From Methanococcus maripaludis (GTDB taxonomy: Archaea > AGJL01 > Methanococci > Methanococcales > Methanococcaceae): a stretch of DNA of 32,000 bases. Under the pieces are notes generated by a model that saw only the letters and a list, made by a program, of their open reading frames with translations, was not told where the DNA came from and searched no databases. Location of the stretch: contig NZ_CP026606.1 of assembly GCF_002945325.1 (NCBI RefSeq), forward strand, positions 1,140,001 to 1,172,000, in the 5' to 3' direction. Made by a program: the position numbers and the translations under genes. Below are positions 30,116 to 32,000 of this stretch, piece after piece. How positions within the stretch are numbered: the first letter of the stretch is position 1; every line of letters begins with the position of its first letter.

Positions 30116-30835
30116 TTAGAGTAATGAGAATATCACAATTGAAAGGAACAATCCTATTGCAATACCTTGGATTTTTCCGTTGTAGTATCCTGAGTTAAAT
30201 TTAGCAATCATTGCAGCTTCATTCATTTTTTCGGAGACAATTCTCATTCTAGCTTCTAATAACGCCATTTCAGGTGAAGTAGGTTTAATTGAAGTGGATT
30301 CTTCACCAGCAGCAGCTGCGCCACCTTCTAATTCAATAACCATAGGATCTTCTTCAAATGCTCCTGGGTCTTTTGAGATACAGTTTTTGATTGCATCTGA
30401 AATTTTTCCAGTGTCTTCAACATCGATTAAATCAATGCATTCAACGATTTGGCTTTGAAGTCTTCCAACTGGTTCTGTTCCTACATTTTCCATGAAAGGA
30501 ATAGCTCCTTTAGCTCCGATGATACCACCATCGTCACCAATTCCGTTTTCATATAATGCTTTGATACATTGTCCAGTAATGTGTCCTTGAACTTCTGATC
30601 CAGTAATTACCATAAATCTAATGTTCGGGTTTGAAATGTAGTTTGCAACAACTTTTTCAATTCCTAAGTTTTCTGTGTGGCATGGTCCTGAAATAGCTGC
30701 ACCAGCGTCAATTGCAGCCTGGTCCAAACCGTGGGAACCGAGTGTAACTACTGCAACACAGCTTTCAGGGTTACCCACTACGTATTCACCGTTAGCAACA
30801 GGCCATCCTGCTGCTGGGGCTTTTTTATCTGCCAT
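30116..30835 (-). CDS. mtrA: Tetrahydromethanopterin S-methyltransferase subunit A (corrinoid-binding)
   Basis: [25 protein letters not shown].. . The [11 protein letters not shown] region contains the conserved His thought to ligate the corrinoid. C-terminal TM anchor [21 protein letters not shown] 30835 has AGGAGGTG upstream. Confidence 0.93.
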   Translation of the reverse strand: MADKKAPAAGWPVANGEYVVGNPESCVAVVTLGSHGLDQAAIDAGAAISGPCHTENLGIEKVVANYISNPNIRFMVITGSEVQGHITGQCIKALYENGIGDDGGIIGAKGAIPFMENVGTEPVGRLQSQIVECIDLIDVEDTGKISDAIKNCISKDPGAFEEDPMVIELEGGAAAAGEESTSIKPTSPEMALLEARMRIVSEKMNEAAMIAKFNSGYYNGKIQGIAIGLFLSIVIFSLL

Positions 30836-30849
30836 TGTCTGCACCTCCT
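30299..30849 (-). repeat. Direct repeat copy 1 (551 bp): mtrA SD plus the first 179 codons counted from ATG 30835
   Basis: See copy 2. Identity ends sharply at the Gly/Ala/Glu linker (..GGAAAAGEE) on one side and right after AGGAGGTGCAGACA upstream of the ATG on the other. Confidence 0.95.
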
Positions 30850-30856
30850 ATTCAGA

Positions 30857-31183
30857 TTACAACCCTATTAGGCTTAGATTCATTTTAACAGCCAATATAG
30901 TTACAAGCACAAGAACTGCCATTGTTACCCAGAAACCAAAGAACATTCCTTGGAACATACCTGCAAGTTTGTAAGTTCCTTCCCTTCCAGCGTATGCTTT
31001 CATAGGTGTGTTTCTTGGATCAAGCGAGTTTTCTAATGCTTTTGCGTATTGTGCTAATTTGTTTATTTCGTCTTCAACAGGGTGTAAATCTACAACGAGA
31101 ATGTCTTTTCTCATTTCGGCTATTAAACCTGAGTCTACGTCCATTACTATGTGAAGTTCAGGACATACTTTGACGATATCCAT
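30857..31183 (-). CDS. mtrB: Tetrahydromethanopterin S-methyltransferase subunit B
   Basis: 108 aa. The soluble N-terminus (..[11 protein letters not shown]...A..L..SLDP) plus one C-terminal TM helix is typical of MtrB. Sits between mtrC and mtrA. Confidence 0.88.
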   Translation of the reverse strand: MDIVKVCPELHIVMDVDSGLIAEMRKDILVVDLHPVEDEINKLAQYAKALENSLDPRNTPMKAYAGREGTYKLAGMFQGMFFGFWVTMAVLVLVTILAVKMNLSLIGL

Positions 31184-31193
31184 CTATACCACC

Positions 31194-31982
31194 TTACTCT
31201 TTCTTAGGCAATTCTGGTACATATTTAACTTCGCAAGCGTCACCAAGTGACATTTTTACGAATGATCCGTAAGTGTATAACCAGAAGATTGCAGCTACTA
31301 CTATTGAAACTATGTCTAATTTTGCAATTGAGAATATCAACCATGCCATCAATCCACATGCAACTGCAAGAGTAATTGTTCTCTTGTGGCTTTCATCTGG
31401 GCCGATACATGCGTTGAATGGGTGTAAAATTGACATACCTGCTGCAATAAATGCCAATGCAATAACTCCGTTGTTGATTGCACCATTAATAATTAAATCA
31501 GCTGAAAATCCGCCTGCAAATGCAGTACAGAATCCTAAAATTGCTAAAGCACCCATTAATGAGAGTTTAGTCATACTTGAAACGATAATTGGTACTTTCA
31601 TTCCTACTGGATTTTGTGTTAATTTACCAACAATAAATCCAACAATTACTGCGATTACTGCAGCAAGGATTGGTGTAGCAAGTACTGGGAGTCCAAATGC
31701 TGAAGGTATTAAAACACCTGCCAATGCTGAAATTGTACCCATACCTAAACTTACCATTCCAATTGATGGAACACCTGTACCTAATCCGTAAGCGGCTACT
31801 CTTCTTGTAGTGTTTGCACCTGCAACACAAGCGCCCGCAGCTAATAACCCACCAATGAGCATAGCTAATGACGGAACAAATTGTGCAACGTACATTCCGA
31901 TGATTGATAATACAGCGCCGATAGCTAAAACCTGATCTTCAGGAAAAAGCTCTGCTGCGTGTCCTCCACCACCATGTGACAT
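31194..31982 (-). CDS. mtrC: Tetrahydromethanopterin S-methyltransferase subunit C
   Basis: 262-aa Gly/Ala-rich polytopic membrane protein upstream of mtrB. SD GAGGTG upstream. A TGA at 31992..31994 is probably the end of mtrD, running off the window. Confidence 0.88.
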   Translation of the reverse strand: MSHGGGGHAAELFPEDQVLAIGAVLSIIGMYVAQFVPSLAMLIGGLLAAGACVAGANTTRRVAAYGLGTGVPSIGMVSLGMGTISALAGVLIPSAFGLPVLATPILAAVIAVIVGFIVGKLTQNPVGMKVPIIVSSMTKLSLMGALAILGFCTAFAGGFSADLIINGAINNGVIALAFIAAGMSILHPFNACIGPDESHKRTITLAVACGLMAWLIFSIAKLDIVSIVVAAIFWLYTYGSFVKMSLGDACEVKYVPELPKKE

Positions 31983-32000
31983 AATTACACCTCAAATATT

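Noticed and set aside
29513-30974. Plus-strand ORFs 29513..29722, 29939..30124, 29995..30198 and 30675..30974 with Ala/Ser/Pro-rich translations. Two of them share the same N-terminus ([22 protein letters not shown]..).
   Set aside because: They lie antisense to mtrA and the mtrA::F fusion. The duplication of their sequence simply reflects the 551-bp DNA repeat. They have no SD or promoter and a low-complexity composition typical of antisense frames of GC-richer genes.
28100-32000. Marked rise in GC content and a change in codon usage over the last ~4 kb. This could suggest horizontally acquired DNA.
   Set aside because: The region is the mtr operon, a core and very highly expressed methanogenesis locus encoding Gly/Ala-rich membrane subunits. 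Expression-linked codon bias and amino-acid composition explain the shift. No integrase, tRNA target or flanking repeats are present.

Overview
The window looks like core chromosome of an AT-rich hydrogenotrophic methanogen of the Methanococcales, probably Methanococcus. Support for this: a tetrahydromethanopterin S-methyltransferase (mtr) operon, pyruvoyl-dependent arginine decarboxylase, archaeosine synthase, an archaeal-type TrpRS, recurring GGTGAT Shine-Dalgarno (SD) sequences, TTTATATA-type TATA boxes and oligo-T terminators. I call 39 tightly packed protein-coding genes. I found no rRNA or tRNA genes, CRISPR arrays, transposases, integrases or other mobile-element signatures.

Recognisable blocks:
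- a K+ transport regulator (trkA);
- a tRNA-related neighbourhood (arcS, a TiaS-like methanogen protein, trpS);
- cbiG, carA and serA;
- a complete arginine-to-spermidine pathway cluster (pdaD | speH-speE-speB);
- an SF1 helicase, a DHPS-like pterin protein, rps15, nadM and elp3;
- a biotin cluster (bioW-bioF-bioD);
- a membrane protein/tatD/two-unknowns operon;
- the distal part of the mtr operon (mtrC-B-A-A::F-G-H, minus strand). A TGA at 31992..31994 is probably the end of mtrD.

I did not find convincing evidence for a novel multi-gene system such as a defence island. The observations most worth follow-up are:
1. a 551-bp direct repeat with only 2 mismatches inside the mtr operon, giving a full mtrA plus an MtrA-domain::MtrF fusion gene;
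2. bioD, whose P-loop is encoded upstream of any canonical start codon, with a well-placed SD in front of an ACG codon;
3. a 51-codon ORF with its own TATA box and SD, too short for the ORF track;
4. a TiaS-like methanogen-specific protein embedded among tRNA genes;
5. several perfect palindromes at promoter or terminator positions.

All functional calls come from motif and family recognition by eye. No database search was possible.
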